Shown here in pieces: positions 29,889 through 32,000 of a stretch of 32,000 nt of DNA. The translations under genes and the position numbers were made by a program. The DNA comes from Halalkalibacterium halodurans (lineage in GTDB: Bacteria; Bacillota; Bacilli; Bacillales; Bacillaceae_D), in assembly GCF_004376175.1 (NCBI RefSeq), contig NZ_SNUY01000032.1:12367-44366 (forward strand), read 5' to 3'. Position 1 is the stretch's first letter. The number at the start of each line of letters is the position of its first letter. The notes beneath the pieces are model-generated. The model saw only the letters and a program-made list of their open reading frames with translations, had not been told where the DNA came from and did no database searches.

Positions 29889-30278
29889 ATGATTCAACGG
29901 TTTATCGAGTTAGGAACGGGCTATTCAGACATATATGAACTACTTGAATTAGCGAAAACAAATGCACATCGCATTCATCGAGTGATTCGTTTCGATACTT
30001 CGATTGCTCAACGCCGTGTTGTGTCATTTGGGGTTGTTTTAGATCCAATAGCCGACAGTAAATTCATGCCGATTTACTTTTGCCGTGAAGGAATCCCCCA
30101 CCCGGAGGAGATTTCGAATAAACGTTGTGAGCTTGTGGATGAATGCCTGAAAGCACTTGATCTAGAGCTCCACATCCTAGAGGTGAAGCCCTCTACTGAC
30201 TTTCACGAACAAGATCTTTACTACCAATATTTAATTGGCGTGTTGCGAATGAATCGTTTTATCCCCCCACTTTCCTAG
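29889..30278 (+). CDS. Conserved hypothetical protein, 129 aa
   Basis: The SD AAAGGGGA lies 8 nt upstream of the ATG. The protein has non-repetitive, globular-looking composition (MIQRFIELGTGYSDIYELLELAK...). I recall similar Bacillaceae proteins of unknown function (possibly DUF7147), but this is unverified. Confidence 0.65.
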   Translation: MIQRFIELGTGYSDIYELLELAKTNAHRIHRVIRFDTSIAQRRVVSFGVVLDPIADSKFMPIYFCREGIPHPEEISNKRCELVDECLKALDLELHILEVKPSTDFHEQDLYYQYLIGVLRMNRFIPPLS

Positions 30279-30365
30279 TGTACCCTTGCTAAATTGAAAA
30301 TTTAATCTCATATTCGATAAACGGTTAGCTCATCACAAAGTCTACCTAAATTCATATTTTGGAGT

Positions 30366-30404
30366 ACAAAAAATCGCCTCCTCATCATGAGGAAGCGATT
30401 TTTC
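30366..30404. terminator. Bidirectional terminator between the 129-aa ORF and the MFS gene; it overlaps the MFS stop codon
   Basis: The minus strand reads ATCGCTTCCT-catgatg-AGGAGGCGAT followed by TTTTTTG. On the plus strand the hairpin is followed by TTTTTCG. Confidence 0.7.
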
Positions 30405-31614
30405 GTTCGTTTTGTTCATAGCGGAACTGCTTATCAGAAGCAGGCATGACCTTTCCTTTTACGATCCATACCGTCAAGAGTAGTGTGAAAGCCGAAATGA
30501 GAAAAAGCCCGCGGATTCCAACAGTGGCCACGACTGCCCCTCCAACCGTCGGTCCTACCATATTCCCTAAATAAAGAGCGCTAGTAGAAAATCCATATGT
30601 TCGGCTTTCCATTCCTTTCGGGGCATGCATTCGGACAAGGGCATTCGCAGCCGGCAGTAAACCACCGAGCGACAAGCCAACAAAAAAGCGAAGAACAATC
30701 AATTGCCACAATTGTTGAACAAAGGCTTGCGGGATCATAAAGATCACTGTGCCGAGTAAACAGAAAAATAGGACATGGTGCGCCCCTGCCTTATCGCTTA
30801 ATTTTCCTAATTGCATGGAAGAAAGCATGTTCGCAAACCCTGTGGCTGAAATGGCTAGTCCGGCAAACAGAGCGACATTCACACCAGAAACCAACTCTTC
30901 AACAAACAGCGAGATGAGGGGATTAACCCCCATAACAGCAAACTGAATTAAAAACACGACGACATAGAGGGAGAAAATCGGCCGTATCGCCGTAATTTTC
31001 TTAAACTCACCCCATGTGTTCGTTTTTTCTTCTTTCGGGTTTGGGGTAAACTGTTCATTGACGAACAGTAAAACAACGAGCGCGGCAATGAAAATGCACA
31101 GGCCTGTAAGAAAGAAAATCATCCGATACCCGAAAGCCTGAGCCATAATCCCTCCAATGAGCGGTCCGCAAATCCCACCTGAGACAGCGCCCGCTTGAAG
31201 AAACCCTAGGGCATACCCAGCCTTTTCCTTCGGCGTGTTTGTGGCAACAAGTCCAATGGAAGCTGGAATAAAGCCGCTAATGACCCCGTTTAATAAACGA
31301 AGACAAAGGAGAGAAAGGGGACCTTGAGCAAACCCCGTTAACCCGATAATCAGCGCCATCCCGAAGCCTGACCGTAAAATCATCATTTTCCGTCCATAAC
31401 GATCAGCAAGCCTGCTCCAAAGGGGGGAAAATAAAAAAGCTGTTAAAAAGTTCGCAGCAAAAATGATCCCCGCCCACAGGCTGACCTCACTCGGATCGGT
31501 CACGCCAAGCTCTTGTAAATAAAGAGGTAAAAACGGGATGATCATCGTCATTGCACTTACAACTAAAAATTGACAAACAACTAAAATATATAGGTTACGC
31601 TTCCACCCTTTCAT
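30385..31614 (-). CDS. MFS transporter, DHA1 / MdtG-like putative drug efflux pump (12 TM)
   Basis: 409 aa. The N-terminus WKRNLYILVVCQFLVVSAMTMIIPFLPLYLQELGV...LADRYGRKMMILRSG resembles E. coli MdtG as I recall it, including MFS motif A (GxLaDrxGrkxxl). Confidence 0.9.
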   Translation of the reverse strand: MKGWKRNLYILVVCQFLVVSAMTMIIPFLPLYLQELGVTDPSEVSLWAGIIFAANFLTAFLFSPLWSRLADRYGRKMMILRSGFGMALIIGLTGFAQGPLSLLCLRLLNGVISGFIPASIGLVATNTPKEKAGYALGFLQAGAVSGGICGPLIGGIMAQAFGYRMIFFLTGLCIFIAALVVLLFVNEQFTPNPKEEKTNTWGEFKKITAIRPIFSLYVVVFLIQFAVMGVNPLISLFVEELVSGVNVALFAGLAISATGFANMLSSMQLGKLSDKAGAHHVLFFCLLGTVIFMIPQAFVQQLWQLIVLRFFVGLSLGGLLPAANALVRMHAPKGMESRTYGFSTSALYLGNMVGPTVGGAVVATVGIRGLFLISAFTLLLTVWIVKGKVMPASDKQFRYEQNERKIASS

Positions 31615-31640
31615 ATGATCACGTCCTTACTACCTCTTAT

Positions 31641-31670
31641 ATTATATATTTCGAAAAACGAAATATTCAA
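31641..31670 (-). promoter_or_regulatory. Sigma-A promoter of the MFS gene, with a perfect palindromic operator filling the spacer
   Basis: The minus strand reads TTGAAT-atttcgtttttcgaaata-TATAAT, with an 18-nt spacer and a perfect -10 element. The inverted repeat ATATTTCG-ttttt-CGAAATAT (31646-31666) runs from inside the -35 element to the first base of the -10 element. The ATG lies 26 nt downstream. Confidence 0.6.
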
Positions 31671-31732
31671 GAGATACGCTTTGTGAAAGAGTGGATCCGT
31701 TCTGTCTGGAACAATTAATGCTTTCGAACTTT

Positions 31733-31909
31733 TTATTCGTTCAATAAAGGGATTACGTTTATAATAGGTTCTTCGTATGGGTGAATGCTATGAATTAAAC
31801 TTTTTACTTCATTTATCTTACTGTAAGAGCATCTAAATTCCATTTTACATTCAGTGCCAAATGAAATTTTCCCGGGTGTGTCAATAATTTTGTGTAAATA
31901 CCCCTGTTT
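31733..31909 (-). pseudogene. Possible decayed remnant of a small PII-fold protein related to the NIF3/YqfO insert domain
   Basis: My own translation gives 58 codons with no plausible start: KQGYLHKIIDTPGKISFGTECKMEFRCSYSKINEVKSLIHSIHPYEEPIINVIPLLNE*. This aligns in length and pattern with ...GTNPYIGETGQLERVEEVRIETII...AHPYEEVAYDVYPL of B. subtilis YqfO. The same frame upstream holds four stops within about 30 codons. Confidence 0.3.
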
Positions 31910-32000
31910 CTAGTAGATAGGTTAGCCCTGCTTATTTTACTTGGTAAAACTTCTATTTTAGGTGAAACACAGAGCCACAGCGGTAGCTGCTTGTCCTTGA

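Noticed and set aside
31813-32000. A minus-strand frame open from the window edge to 31813 (62 codons) that could be the 3' end of a real gene, for example a transposase or mobile-element protein.
   Set aside because: I recognise no family or motifs and see no terminal inverted repeats or other mobile-element hallmarks. It overlaps the HPYEEP-containing frame. I left it as an open alternative under the pseudogene finding rather than calling a CDS.

Overview
This window is a chromosomal segment from a Bacillus-type endospore former (Bacillaceae). It is almost entirely conserved core: the ylb region followed by the dcw (division and cell wall) cluster, mostly on the minus strand. I identified genes by reading the ORF-track translations and comparing them from memory with B. 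subtilis proteins and gene order; no searches were run.

Minus strand, from high to low coordinates:
- MdtG-like MFS transporter
- rsmD-coaD
- ylbK-ylbL
- ylbN-rpmF
- a crotonase-family gene
- gerR (ylbO)
- panE (ylbQ) plus a small 4-TM protein
- bshC
- mraZ-rsmH-ftsL-pbpB-spoVD-murE-murF-mraY-murD-spoVE-murG-murB-divIB-ylxW-ylxX (ylxX is partial and runs off the window at position 1)

Plus strand: ylbP (GNAT), tmcAL (ylbM), ylbJ and a 129-aa conserved hypothetical.

Several ORF-track starts are over-extended. I re-placed them using Shine-Dalgarno spacing and N-terminal agreement with the B. subtilis proteins. Intrinsic terminators sit at most operon ends.

I see no rRNA, tRNA, CRISPR array, IS element or phage genes, and no convincing novel multi-gene system. 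This is an ordinary, well-understood region. The unexplained pieces are small:
1. A 384-bp intergenic region upstream of rsmD contains an orphan plus-strand terminator.
2. A 10-15 nt anti-SD/SD inverted repeat brackets the crotonase-gerR spacer.
3. A perfect 8-5-8 palindrome fills the spacer of the MFS promoter, with no regulator gene nearby.
4. An AT-rich decayed gene remnant lies at the right edge.
5. Phased GTGG repeats (candidate MraZ boxes) lie upstream of mraZ.
6. A sigma-E-like promoter lies upstream of spoVE.
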